Of a DNA stretch of 64,000 nucleotides, positions 17,721 to 27,898 are shown in pieces; positions within the stretch are counted from its first letter, which is position 1; each line of letters opens with the position of its first letter. This DNA is from a virus. Made by a program: the position numbers and the translations under genes. Under the pieces are notes generated by a model that saw nothing but the letters and a program-made list of their open reading frames with translations, searched no databases and was not told the origin of the DNA. Location: positions 64,001 to 128,000 of the IMG/VR virus record IMGVR_UViG_3300047558_000077, one strand, 5' to 3'.

Positions 17721-17795
17721 GGGCCTGTAGTTCAGGGGGAGAACGTCTGCTTTGCAAGCAGAATGTCGGCGGTTCGATTCCGTCCAGGTCCACCA
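17721..17795 (+). tRNA. tRNA-Ala(TGC)
   Basis: G3-U70, tt TGC aa, CCA. Confidence 0.92.
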
Positions 17796-17799
17796 ATAT

Positions 17800-17874
17800 G
17801 CTTCATTCGTCTACTGGCTAGGACACCCGCCTCTCAAGCGGGAAAAAGGAGATCGATACTCCTATGAAGCACCA
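17800..17874 (+). tRNA. tRNA-Glu(CTC)
   Basis: CCCGC-ct CTC aa-GCGGG, CCA. Confidence 0.88.
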
Positions 17875-17893
17875 AACACTAGAGAGTTATATC

Positions 17894-18502
17894 ATGGAAA
17901 TTATTAAAGACCTTCTCTCAAAAGAAAAGCAAAATGAAATTGAACATACTATGTTAAAAACTTCATTTCCGTGGTACTTCAATAGTGAAGCAACATATGA
18001 TATGTTCAATGATAATCGAACACTAAACACATCTTTCTTTGGTCATATGTTTTTCTATGGCGGTAAGATTGATTCGGAGTATTATTATCCGTTGATTTGT
18101 CAGCCGATCATCGAGGCTCTTGAACGTCACCAAGGTAGACGTTTTCAAAATCGTGTTTGGCGTATCAAAGCCAATCTCTACACGAAAGACGGATCATATC
18201 CAGAAGACTTTCATCATCCTCCACACATAGACAATTCAGAAGATAACTTCCGGGGAGAAACTTTTCTCTACTTTGTCAATGATGCTGATGGTGATACTTT
18301 TATGTTTAATGAGCATTACGACTATGTTCATAAGCGTTATGGTCCCGAAGGATTTAAAGGAAACTTTACAAATCAGCTAAGGATTCCGCCAGAAAAAGGT
18401 AAGTCAGTATTATTCCCACTGACACAATGTCATACATCATCTATCCCTAGAAAAGGTGGTCCACGCATCACATTAAACTTTGTGTTCGGTGAATATTTCT
18501 GA
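17894..18502 (+). CDS. 2OG-Fe(II) oxygenase, paralog of 913..1500
   Basis: PHID, CHTSS, RITLNF; long shared motifs with 913..1500. Confidence 0.75.
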   Translation: MEIIKDLLSKEKQNEIEHTMLKTSFPWYFNSEATYDMFNDNRTLNTSFFGHMFFYGGKIDSEYYYPLICQPIIEALERHQGRRFQNRVWRIKANLYTKDGSYPEDFHHPPHIDNSEDNFRGETFLYFVNDADGDTFMFNEHYDYVHKRYGPEGFKGNFTNQLRIPPEKGKSVLFPLTQCHTSSIPRKGGPRITLNFVFGEYF

Positions 18503-18895
18503 TTGACAAATCTAGAAAATGCTATATACTAATGATTGTGCATTGCACAATTGAAACGGATGCTTCGCCTAATGGGAAGCGCAACTGAAAAGGAAAAGGA
18601 ATGAATAAGATTATTCCACTACTAACAGTTTTAGTATTGACATCCTCTGCTAATGCTGTAGAATATAACACTGATAGTTTTGAAAAGTATGGATACGGTA
18701 GTGCTGCGTCTGTGATTCCTGATACCAATCTAAAGAGCGGTCTTCGTGGATTACATGTAGCTTGTAATCATCCTACCACTAACGCATACTATCCAGGCTA
18801 TCTAGCAGTACCAGAGGCTGGTAAACAGACACACTAAATAATGAACATTGGTCCCACGGAATTTCCGTGGGGCTCCTACCTGAAGGTGAGAAAAC

Positions 18896-19225
18896 ATGAG
18901 AAAGTTGTCTATTGCTCTTGTCGCAGTTCTTGGTCTTTCCCTAGCCGCAGCTACACCAGCTAAAGCCCAGTTTTGGGGCGGTTACTATCCTGGTTTCTAC
19001 GGAGGTTGGGGTTACGGCGGCTATGGTTACGGTGCAGCCGCTCTTGCTGCAGGACTAGCAGTAGGTGCTATTGCTGGTGCTATCGCTGCTAGTAATCAGC
19101 CATACTACGGTCCATATTATGGTGGCTATTATGAACCGGCTCCACGAGTATATCAGCGTAAGCAGATTATCATTCGCAATAGTCCTGGTGCCCGTGTAAT
19201 CGAACAGGACGTATTTGATTGGTGA
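18896..19225 (+). CDS. exported Gly/Tyr-rich protein (BA14K-like architecture)
   Basis: signal peptide, GYGG repeats, GLAVGAIAGAIAA segment. Confidence 0.55.
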   Translation: MRKLSIALVAVLGLSLAAATPAKAQFWGGYYPGFYGGWGYGGYGYGAAALAAGLAVGAIAGAIAASNQPYYGPYYGGYYEPAPRVYQRKQIIIRNSPGARVIEQDVFDW

Positions 19226-19703
19226 TCGTCTAATGTGCTACTACACCTTGACACTAGAAAAGAATATCCCTAACGAAGGTCATAAACGTGCGATTATGAT
19301 CCTCGATGCTAGGGATAAGAAAGAAGCAACCGCTAAGTTTCTAAATACTTTCGGTGCTCAATACTATAATGATATCGATCTGGTGGAGGGAATACATATT
19401 CCTGATGGCTTTGATCGGTTGTTAACAGATCAGGCTAGAAAGTATATCTTGAAAGCCAAGACAAAGGCAGATGATGCTCCGCCTTTGGTATCATATCAAA
19501 ACATGATCCATCTAAGCTATTGAGGAGAGCATGGAATATATTCTAGTGAATGAGTGGTACGTTTATTGGTATGCGACAGTTATGTTGTCGTTACTAACTT
19601 GGCTTAGTATCATGATTCTTTCAGGAACTGTGTTTATCGTTTCTGTAGTTTATGATATCGTCAAGCAGATATCTAATAAGTGGTCAACTAAAAACTAATC
19701 AAT

Positions 19704-19779
19704 GCCGGTATAGCTCAGTAGGTAGAGCAGTTGATTCGTAATCATCAGGTCGTGGGTTCGATTCCTGCTACCGGCACCA
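19704..19779 (+). tRNA. tRNA-Thr(CGT)
   Basis: tt CGT aa loop, CCA. Confidence 0.9.
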
Positions 19780-19792
19780 TTTGGAGAATGAA

Positions 19793-20161
19793 ATGAAAAA
19801 GTTTATTATTAGCGGTCTTACACTCGGTCTACTTGCTCTTCCTTTTACATGGTCTGCCTCTCTAGGTGCTCCTACCAAGAAAGATGAACCTGTTACAGGA
19901 GAAAAGATTGTCTGTGAAAAGACCGAGAGTGCTGTAAAGATGATGAGTGAAAAAGGCTTCTATCATCTACTGAATATGACAAACAAGGATAATGTTGTCG
20001 AGAACATCTGGATTTCGGGTCAGGATATTGTTATCACCGCACAGACAGAAGATAATACCTGTATGCTCGCATTTATGAAAGATGTTACATACAATCCTGA
20101 TACACTACAGGGTCTAGTAAAGGCCTACGAAATGCAAAAGGGAAAGCAGAAGGATATCTAA
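19793..20161 (+). CDS. exported hypothetical protein
   Basis: N-terminal signal/TM, two Cys. Confidence 0.5.
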   Translation: MKKFIISGLTLGLLALPFTWSASLGAPTKKDEPVTGEKIVCEKTESAVKMMSEKGFYHLLNMTNKDNVVENIWISGQDIVITAQTEDNTCMLAFMKDVTYNPDTLQGLVKAYEMQKGKQKDI

Positions 20162-20509
20162 ATGGCGTGGGGTTATCATCTTATTCTAGATTGTTATGAT
20201 GCGGACAAAGAACTAATCACCGATGCAAAGAACATCACCGCTTTTGCCAAAACATTAGTAAATCGTATTGATATGAAGGCATATGGTGAACCGCAAGTCA
20301 TTCACTTTGGTGAAGATGATAAGCAAGGCTACACACTGGTGCAGCTAATCGAAACATCCAACATCGTCGCACATTTCTGTGATGATAGTGGAAACTTTTA
20401 TATGGATGTTTTCTCGTGTAAACCCTTTGAAACCGTGAAGGTGCTAGAAACTGTAAATCAGTTTTTCGCTCCAAAGAAGATTAGGGAGCGATATGTAGAA
20501 AGAGACTAA
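20162..20509 (+). CDS. speD: pyruvoyl-dependent S-adenosylmethionine decarboxylase family
   Basis: GYHLILDC, GYT.VQLIETSNI..H, DVFSCKPF. Confidence 0.8.
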   Translation: MAWGYHLILDCYDADKELITDAKNITAFAKTLVNRIDMKAYGEPQVIHFGEDDKQGYTLVQLIETSNIVAHFCDDSGNFYMDVFSCKPFETVKVLETVNQFFAPKKIRERYVERD

Positions 20510-20511
20510 TC

Positions 20512-20982
20512 ATGCGTAAGAAACTGGATCTAGACGAAGTAAGAGAGTTCATTGCAGAGTCCTCGGAGTCTACCAAGATTTATATTGGTTCTGACTCGGA
20601 ACGCCATCGTCGTGGTGGTGTTTGGTTTGCTGACTATGCGGTGGTTGTAGTAGTTCATAAGGACGGTAAGCACGGTGCTAAAGTCTTTGGTGAGATTACA
20701 ACCGAGCGTGATTACGATCAGAAGAAGGATAAGCCACGAGTTCGCTTGATGACCGAGGTTATGAAGGCTGCTCAACTTTATCTGGATCTAGAGGAAGTTA
20801 TCGGTGACCGAGAGTGCCAGGTTCACATCGATATCAATCCAAATCTAAAGCATGGTTCGTCCTGTGTTATTAGTGAAGCAGTTGGCTATATCAAAGGCAT
20901 GACAGGAGTTACGCCTAGAGTAAAGCCAGAAGCATGGGCAGCATCTATTTGTGCTGACAAGTTTCCAGAGTTGCGTTCATAA
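20512..20982 (+). CDS. YkuK-like (DUF458) RNase H-fold protein
   Basis: IYIGSDS, RLM.EV, VHIDIN, KP.AWAAS..AD. Confidence 0.8.
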   Translation: MRKKLDLDEVREFIAESSESTKIYIGSDSERHRRGGVWFADYAVVVVVHKDGKHGAKVFGEITTERDYDQKKDKPRVRLMTEVMKAAQLYLDLEEVIGDRECQVHIDINPNLKHGSSCVISEAVGYIKGMTGVTPRVKPEAWAASICADKFPELRS

Positions 20983-21188
20983 TGTGAACACATTTATATG
21001 CTAAATACTTATTCGCTAGGCAGTCATATTGCCTAGCGTTTATAGCCGTTGACTGCGAATGTACCAGCAACGGCATTTCACTCCTATACGACCTCGTCAG
21101 GTTCTTTTTCCTAAAACAATCTCACATTTCCTTCATCTTTCGTTATCGTGATATTGTGCGTGGTCGTATCTAACAGAAAGGTACTATT

Positions 21189-21680
21189 ATGAAAAAGATT
21201 TTATTTGCTTTCATTACGGTACTTGCTCTTGCGGTACCCGCAGAAGCAAGAAATCTGGCTCAGACAGAGGTCCAGGAACATAATCTTCTAGATAATATTC
21301 TTGGTACTCAGGACGGTTCATGGGGCGTTTCGCCTCGTATTCGTGCTCCTATTCGTCATGCTAACCGTTATCACACATATAAGCGTCACTATGTAGGTAA
21401 TGTTTCTAATTCTATCGCTTCATACGGTAGAATGCTCCAGGCTTCTGGACTAAGAGTATCAGAACATCCTGCATTTGGAGGCGTTCATCATGTCCATCAT
21501 GGTTGGGCACATTATGCTGGAAGAGCAATTGATGTGAACATCGGGCGTGGTGTTAATGAAGCGTCAAGTAGAGCAACCAGAGCTAGATTTGATGCTGTTG
21601 CCGCACGAGCCAGGGCAGCAGGATACACCGTGCTGTGGCGAGTAGCTGGCCACTTTAATCACATACATATTCAACGTTAA
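21189..21680 (+). CDS. exported protein with peptidase M15-like (H-x6-D, HxH) Zn site
   Basis: signal peptide; HYAGRAID and HFNHIH. Confidence 0.6.
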   Translation: MKKILFAFITVLALAVPAEARNLAQTEVQEHNLLDNILGTQDGSWGVSPRIRAPIRHANRYHTYKRHYVGNVSNSIASYGRMLQASGLRVSEHPAFGGVHHVHHGWAHYAGRAIDVNIGRGVNEASSRATRARFDAVAARARAAGYTVLWRVAGHFNHIHIQR

Positions 21681-21682
21681 CG

Positions 21683-21712
21683 GAGAGGGGAGCAGAAATG
21701 CTCCTCTTTTTC
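21683..21712 (+). terminator. rho-independent terminator
   Basis: GGAGCA-gaaa-TGCTCC plus T-rich tail. Confidence 0.65.
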
Positions 21713-21925
21713 TTGCTAAATACTCGTATGCTAAAGATCGAAACATCATTTGCAAAAAACCGAGAAATTGCGGAACAAAGACTAAGCATATGTAAAGAAT
21801 GCCCTAGATATGTTGAAGCAATAAGCCGCTGTAGAGAATGCGGTTGTTTCATGAAAGCAAAAGCATTATGGCCCAGTGCTGCTTGTCCTCTAGGAAAATG
21901 GGGGCCACATAAAGGAGAAAAGTGA
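21698..21925 (+). CDS. small Cys-rich protein (DUF6171-like)
   Basis: RL.ICKEC...CRECGCF...K......CPLGKW. Confidence 0.65.
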   Translation: MLLFFLLNTRMLKIETSFAKNREIAEQRLSICKECPRYVEAISRCRECGCFMKAKALWPSAACPLGKWGPHKGEK

Positions 21926-22554
21926 TGGCTTTTCTATTCAGAGATTACTGGCCTAGACCAATTGCGGGCAATCTATCAATACACAATTTTGGCAATGGCG
22001 CTGACGGCAAACCCTATTCATTCATGGTATGGAACGCAGGTGATAATCGTCACTACTATCAAGAAGACTATCACGATAACAAGTGGACCGCTACATGGGT
22101 CATGGACTATCTTGGCGAAAAAGGTGTAACCGAGACGGCGGATATCTATCCACGTTATCCATATCAGTTCTGGACAAAGTATAGAACTACAGCGTTTGTT
22201 AAAGGTAAGGAAATACTTTGGGGCGGTATTCAAAACATTGGTGATGAATTTACCGTTGATCTCATGATTGATCCTGTTAACTCAACAAAGTTCGAACTAC
22301 CAACTCCAGGAAAACAAAGAGTAAAGTTTTGTAATCAGTATAATCTATTCAACGGTTACACCGACGTTATCGAAATTGAATACGATCAGACATTTGGTAA
22401 CAAGACGGCTGGCTGGAGAGCATGGCACGCCCGTGGTGTAGGAATTGTTCAAATCAAGTGGAGATGGAAAGGAAACGATATCGGCGATCCTATTCCTGCA
22501 ACAGTTTCCGTTGTTAAAGGAAAGATTGTCAATAAGTATCCCGTATTGACATAA
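21922..22554 (+). CDS. hypothetical protein
   Basis: 210 aa ORF with GGAG RBS; 'W.ARGVGIV' beta-rich end. Confidence 0.55.
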   Translation: MMAFLFRDYWPRPIAGNLSIHNFGNGADGKPYSFMVWNAGDNRHYYQEDYHDNKWTATWVMDYLGEKGVTETADIYPRYPYQFWTKYRTTAFVKGKEILWGGIQNIGDEFTVDLMIDPVNSTKFELPTPGKQRVKFCNQYNLFNGYTDVIEIEYDQTFGNKTAGWRAWHARGVGIVQIKWRWKGNDIGDPIPATVSVVKGKIVNKYPVLT

Positions 22555-22574
22555 CGACCTTTCTTTGCTATAAT
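22546..22574 (+). promoter_or_regulatory. consensus sigma70 promoter
   Basis: TTGACA-17-TATAAT; ATG only 6 nt downstream of -10 (probably leaderless mRNA). Confidence 0.7.
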
Positions 22575-22580
22575 GACAGA

Positions 22581-22994
22581 ATGAAAAATGTGAATAAGGA
22601 AATCCTCAAAACCCTGACAAAGGTGGCCGCTGCTAATCCGCATCCTGCGGAAAAGTTTGCGGCCGCTATTGTTTTTCGTAATCGTATTGTTTCCATCGGA
22701 ATGAATAGTATGAAGTCTCATCCGATGGCAGCGAAATATTCCAAAAATCAACACGCCATTTTCCTTCATAGTGAGGTAGCAGCAATCAAGAATGCTCTCC
22801 GTGAGGTTGAGGTTGATCATCTCACCAAATGCGAACTGTATATTGTGCGAGTAAAGAAAGAGCAACCGTTTGCCCGAAATGTTGTTTGGGGTCTGGCTAA
22901 ACCTTGTATCGGTTGTCAAAGAGCAATCGCCGAGTTTGGTCTGAAACGAGTAATCTATACCTGTGATGGTGGAGACTATGAGGTGATGGAATGA
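22581..22994 (+). CDS. zinc-dependent cytidine/deoxycytidylate deaminase-fold protein
   Basis: HSE...PCIGC. Confidence 0.8.
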   Translation: MKNVNKEILKTLTKVAAANPHPAEKFAAAIVFRNRIVSIGMNSMKSHPMAAKYSKNQHAIFLHSEVAAIKNALREVEVDHLTKCELYIVRVKKEQPFARNVVWGLAKPCIGCQRAIAEFGLKRVIYTCDGGDYEVME

Positions 22995-23675
22995 GCATTG
23001 ATCAACTAAATCATGATATCTATGTTTCAAAACAAGAAAAAGAAATCAACCGACTTCAAAAGTATGAGAAGTTGGTTCAGTTTATTGCCAATGACTATCA
23101 TGAACTATCACACGATAAAGCCATGTGGCAGCGTGACGATTGGAAAAACCGTTGCCGCAAACTGATTGAGGAAGATAATGACTGACGAAAACAAAATGAC
23201 TTGGTGGGAAGCAAGTCAAGAACTGGATAAGATGATGCTAGACTCCCATAATGATCTTGATGAAATGGCAGATAAATGTCCATCTAAATTGAAACTTGCC
23301 GTCACTCGATGGGTAATGAAACATATTGTGGATCATGCCCGTGAAGGTGGTTCTTACAGATATCTAATCTATAATCGTCTTGGTTTCGGACCAGAAGCAT
23401 ATGCCCCTCTATGTGATGATGGTATGACTATCTCTAATGAGTTTGATATTGATAACATGGATGCTATCAAAGCAAAGGTCAGAGAAGAAAAGATTGAATC
23501 GCTAAAGCCTCTTCTTAATATGTGTGATGAACCAGGTTGTTTCAAGAATGCAGGATGCGGATGGCCAAGCGAAAATGGATATCGTCGGACATGTGGTGAA
23601 CACTATAGAGAACATAAGAAGTGACATATATAATCCTGAACCCTCGCTTTTGATGCGAGTAACAGGAGTATATTC

Positions 23676-24341
23676 ATGGCTAAAACATTCAAAGAGGCAT
23701 TTGGTGCCGCAAGAAAAGCAGGTAAAGAAACATTCGTTTTCGACGGCAAACTATACACCACAGAAGTGGCAGTAAAAGATGCCGACGAAACAAAATTCGT
23801 TGACGTTACCAATACAGTTGCTGACGCTAAGGTTGCTACTGTAGGTAAACTAAAGAAGAACGTATGGCCATTACAGTCAGAGTTGCGTAAGAAGTTCGGC
23901 ACACCTGATTATGGTGGAGCATTCAGAAAGAATATGGTTCAGGTAAATCTACCATATACAATGTGGATGGACGATATTAAGATTACTAAAACATGGATGA
24001 ATAGAAGTTGCGCCGACTCTCTTGTTCGTGTTCTTACATATGTGTGGGACGAGAATGGTCGTGACTATGACAAAATCAAGGCACAGCAACTACATATCTT
24101 TTCTGGTTCATGGAACATTCGTAACATGCGTGGCGGTTCTTCGCTATCTACCCATGCTTTTGGTGTTGCCATCGATATCGCTGCCCCTTATAATGCTCTT
24201 GGTAGAAAGCCAGGATATAATAAGCATTCTTTCACTGATAACTCTCTAATCGTCAAGGCCTTCAAAGAAGAAGGATGGATTTGGGGCGGTGATTGGCAGC
24301 GTCGCCCTGACGGTATGCATTTCCAGGCTGCCCGTATCTAA
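23676..24341 (+). CDS. endolysin, peptidase M15 family
   Basis: R..R...SLSTHAFGVAIDI, WGGDW, DGMHFQ. Confidence 0.85.
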   Translation: MAKTFKEAFGAARKAGKETFVFDGKLYTTEVAVKDADETKFVDVTNTVADAKVATVGKLKKNVWPLQSELRKKFGTPDYGGAFRKNMVQVNLPYTMWMDDIKITKTWMNRSCADSLVRVLTYVWDENGRDYDKIKAQQLHIFSGSWNIRNMRGGSSLSTHAFGVAIDIAAPYNALGRKPGYNKHSFTDNSLIVKAFKEEGWIWGGDWQRRPDGMHFQAARI

Positions 24342-24359
24342 CACAACGAGGTTTATATT

Positions 24360-24650
24360 ATGAAAATGATATACAAGTATCCACTTGGTACAGAAATATA
24401 TCACAATATGGTGACCGAGGTCGAGATGCCCAGAAACGCAGAGATATTATCCTTACAAATGCAAGGTGGTATTCCTGTAATCTGGGCTATCGTCAATCCC
24501 AAGAAACAAAAGCGCAAGTATGTGTTTCATGTCTTTGGTACAGGATATGAAATGCTTGACTATGAAAGAAAGCATTATGTTTATGTCGGCACAGTTCAAC
24601 AGAGCGGTCTAATGACTCTTGTTTGGCATATTTTTGAGGTGATAGAATAA
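24360..24650 (+). CDS. conserved phage hypothetical protein
   Basis: IYKYPL...GTG...YVGTVQ...VWHIFE pattern. Confidence 0.55.
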   Translation: MKMIYKYPLGTEIYHNMVTEVEMPRNAEILSLQMQGGIPVIWAIVNPKKQKRKYVFHVFGTGYEMLDYERKHYVYVGTVQQSGLMTLVWHIFEVIE

Positions 24651-25447
24651 TGGGCAGTTCACGAGACCTTTGGGACGAAGCAGTAGAAGACGCTAATGCT
24701 ACGGTCACTGGTAATATAACAAGGCCACCAGGATCATATATTACTTCTATACCATATCCTCACGGCGCTGTCGGAGCGTCTGGTTCTATTGTTGGTGCTC
24801 CTTCGACTACGGCTAGTGAACTAACGGTTATGACTTCTCACGGTCAAGTAAAGATAAATCTTGATACAGGTGTTCTTACTATTCCACATGGCATTGGTCG
24901 TGAAGAGGCTATTCGTGACTTTTGGTTGGGATTTCAAGAGAACTTCCGAGGTGCTGAAAGGGCAAAGTATGAGGATGAGGTTGCTTCTCTAAAAAAACAT
25001 ATATCCTATATCACTCAAAAAGCAGAAGAATATAAAAATGAGGTCCTTAATACAGCGAAGAAGTCTGTTGTCAAAAAGATTGCTGAAAAGTATGGCAATG
25101 AAAAGTTTATCATGGTGAAGCCTACTGATTTAATCAAGTTTATTGAGGAAGCATGAGAGACAAACACGAAGAACTAATCCAACAACTACATGAACTGGCG
25201 GACTGGGTTGAGAAACATAACTCAGTCCATTGTCATTCTGTTACAAGGAAAGCAGCATACACGATTGCCAGATTTGAAGAAGAAAACCATCGCTTGCGTC
25301 TGCAACTAAACAAAAGATATGTGACTATTGGCGATCTATATCATAGAGTCGTTGGTGCTGTTAGATTGTGGATTTACATAATCAAAAAGAAACTTAGTCA
25401 GTAAGAAGAAACATAAATACTCTTAGTATTATACTAGGAGAATAATT

Positions 25448-26533
25448 TTGGCAGTCAAAAAGCCCGACTCAAAGACAGTTATTAGCGAAGCCGCCGATTT
25501 ACTGAACTCACTGGCCAAGAAGCATAACTTCCAGGTTGCTCCTACACAAAAGCTAGGTAAGCCTTCTAAGTCAAACTCTACAGTGAGAGAGTTTAGATTA
25601 CAGTTGATTATTACTAACAAAGACACATCAGAGGCTTTTAAAGCAGCCGTCTTAAAAGAGTTGAAACTTGTTAATGGTGTCACTAAGATCACATATAACT
25701 CAATCTCTCCTAATAGTAGCAAATATCCCTCAGTATCGTTCACATATCAAGGGATGAAGTTTGATGCTGTTATCGCCAAAGGCGCTAACAAAGGCGAAAA
25801 CTTTGAAAAGAAAACTATCACCGATCTATCAAATTTTTTTAAGAGAAAAGGTGTCAATAAGACATATAAGGATCTGGTAGAAAAACTCACGGCGGCGAAT
25901 CCTGCTTTCGGTAAGAATGAAATCATATCGGTCACGCAAAGAACAGGATCTACAAAAAAAGAAGGCGTAGCAACAGCCGATCTAGGTGCGATCATCGGCG
26001 ACATTGTTATTAAAGATTCAGGCAAAAACACCTGGTTCATTTCACTAAAAGATGTTAATGGTTCTACCTTTAGCTCCTATTCTGGAGCGGCTTCTCTATT
26101 CAATGCAGAGGGCACACTTCAACCCGACTCTGCCGGAGCAAAATTTCTCAATTCATTCGGTGTCGATCTAAATAAAGTTCAAGCGGGTTTTGATGAAAGA
26201 AACAAGATTAAGAAAAGACGACCCAAGATTCCTGTTGCCGCAGCTAACAAAAAAGAAATTAAAGCTATATTTGAACGTGCTTGGGGCATGAATTACTTTT
26301 ATGTAAGAAAGGTCGGAACGTCTGATTGGAAAGTTTTCTGGATGAGCAAAAGTAAGTTAGATTCTCTATCTGATAATATGACAGTTACTAAAGTTAACTA
26401 TCCTAATCCTGGTTCGAAGCAGATTACCATCTTTTGTTCTACACCAAATGCTGAATACTCAATTGAACTAAGAAATAGTAAGGCGCAAGAATATCCTAAT
26501 GATACCAAGTTTAAGATCATTCGATTTAAGTAA
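25448..26533 (+). CDS. putative PD-(D/E)XK nuclease-like protein
   Basis: GENFE...GDIVI...ISLK spacing; late promoter at 25413; TTG start. Confidence 0.45.
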   Translation: MAVKKPDSKTVISEAADLLNSLAKKHNFQVAPTQKLGKPSKSNSTVREFRLQLIITNKDTSEAFKAAVLKELKLVNGVTKITYNSISPNSSKYPSVSFTYQGMKFDAVIAKGANKGENFEKKTITDLSNFFKRKGVNKTYKDLVEKLTAANPAFGKNEIISVTQRTGSTKKEGVATADLGAIIGDIVIKDSGKNTWFISLKDVNGSTFSSYSGAASLFNAEGTLQPDSAGAKFLNSFGVDLNKVQAGFDERNKIKKRRPKIPVAAANKKEIKAIFERAWGMNYFYVRKVGTSDWKVFWMSKSKLDSLSDNMTVTKVNYPNPGSKQITIFCSTPNAEYSIELRNSKAQEYPNDTKFKIIRFK

Positions 26534-26544
26534 GGAACTCAACA

Positions 26545-27786
26545 GTGATTAGACTATCAGACTTTTTAACAGAAGCAGCGGCCGAAAAAGATCGTCATCT
26601 TACACACATCGAAGATGCTGTGTTAGAAGGTGGTGTTGCTGGTACCAGAAATGCCATTCAGTTCCTAATTTCCCTCAGAGATATGTTTGCGGATGATGGA
26701 CAGACACTATCAGAGGCTCGTGGTTCTCTTATTCTTAGAACCAAGTTTGATGGTGCTCCAGCCATCTATGCTGGTATCAATCCTGAAAACGGCAAGTTCT
26801 TTGTCGGCTCTAAGTCTATCTTTGCCAAGAATGCTAAACTAAACTATACAGAAGCCGATGTTCGTGCTAATCACCAGGGTGGTCTGGCAGACAAGTTATC
26901 GGATGCTCTAAGATATCTACCAGAACTTGGTATCAAGGGTATCGTCCATGGTGACTTTATGTTCTCCAAATCCGATCTAAAGTCGGAAACCATCGATGGT
27001 AAAAAGTATATTACATTTCGTCCTAATACCATTACATATGCTGTTCCTGCTGATTCAAATCTTGCTAGACAGGTTCAGTCTGCCAAGATTGGTATTGTCT
27101 TCCATACCACATATCACGGTAAGACCATGCAAACCCTACAGACTCACTTTGATATCAATGTAAATAACTTTAGACCATCCAAGAATGTGTGGTATCGGTC
27201 TAATAAGTTCGTTGATGTTACTGGTCGTGCTACACTAACAAAAGCAGAAAACGCAAAACTAACAAGCATTTTGTCACAAGCTGGTTCCGTATTCAGAACT
27301 ATACCTGCTGGTCTAATGAATCAGATTGCTACCAGCGAAACATATAAAGTCCATATGATGACATTTTATAATCAAAAAGTTCGTGCTGGTGAACGTATGG
27401 GTGCTGGATATGTTCAGCAACTTATAAAATGGGTGGCAGATAAATATCAAAAGAACATTGATGATGCCAAGATGCCTGCAACTAAAGCAAAGCGTCAGGC
27501 TGAAAGAGATATGGTTCTTAGATGGTATCGCCAAAATGCTTCTGAGTTGAAAAAGATATTTCAACTACAGAACCTGTTCATTGATGCCAAGATGATACTA
27601 ATAAACAAGTTCAATCAAGTAAACGATCTAGGCACATTTCTACATACTGCCGATGGCGGATATAAAGTTACAACTCCAGAAGGATATGTGGCTGCTTGGT
27701 CATCTGGTGGAGATGCTGTCAAACTAGTCGACCGCATGGAGTTTAGCAGAGCAAACTTCCTAGCCGTCAAGAATTGGGGCAAATAA
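26545..27786 (+). CDS. RNA-ligase-like nucleotidyltransferase (DUF6267-like), probable virion-internal
   Basis: HLTHIED, KFDG (motif I), HGDF, EGYV, VKLVDR; N-terminus MIRLSDFLTE resembles T4 capsid-targeting sequence. Confidence 0.6.
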   Translation: MIRLSDFLTEAAAEKDRHLTHIEDAVLEGGVAGTRNAIQFLISLRDMFADDGQTLSEARGSLILRTKFDGAPAIYAGINPENGKFFVGSKSIFAKNAKLNYTEADVRANHQGGLADKLSDALRYLPELGIKGIVHGDFMFSKSDLKSETIDGKKYITFRPNTITYAVPADSNLARQVQSAKIGIVFHTTYHGKTMQTLQTHFDINVNNFRPSKNVWYRSNKFVDVTGRATLTKAENAKLTSILSQAGSVFRTIPAGLMNQIATSETYKVHMMTFYNQKVRAGERMGAGYVQQLIKWVADKYQKNIDDAKMPATKAKRQAERDMVLRWYRQNASELKKIFQLQNLFIDAKMILINKFNQVNDLGTFLHTADGGYKVTTPEGYVAAWSSGGDAVKLVDRMEFSRANFLAVKNWGK

Positions 27787-27898
27787 TGTCTGACGAAAAG
27801 AAAAAGCCGGTGCCTGTCATTAGCACGATCAAGAAGATTGTCAAACAGGTCAGAGAAAAGAAAAAGTATAAATAACCAATAATACCGCAGAGGTAAGA

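Noticed and set aside
11119-19779. Stop-codon reassignment / suppressor tRNA
   Set aside because: No CTA, TTA or TCA anticodon found; core genes translate full length with the standard code
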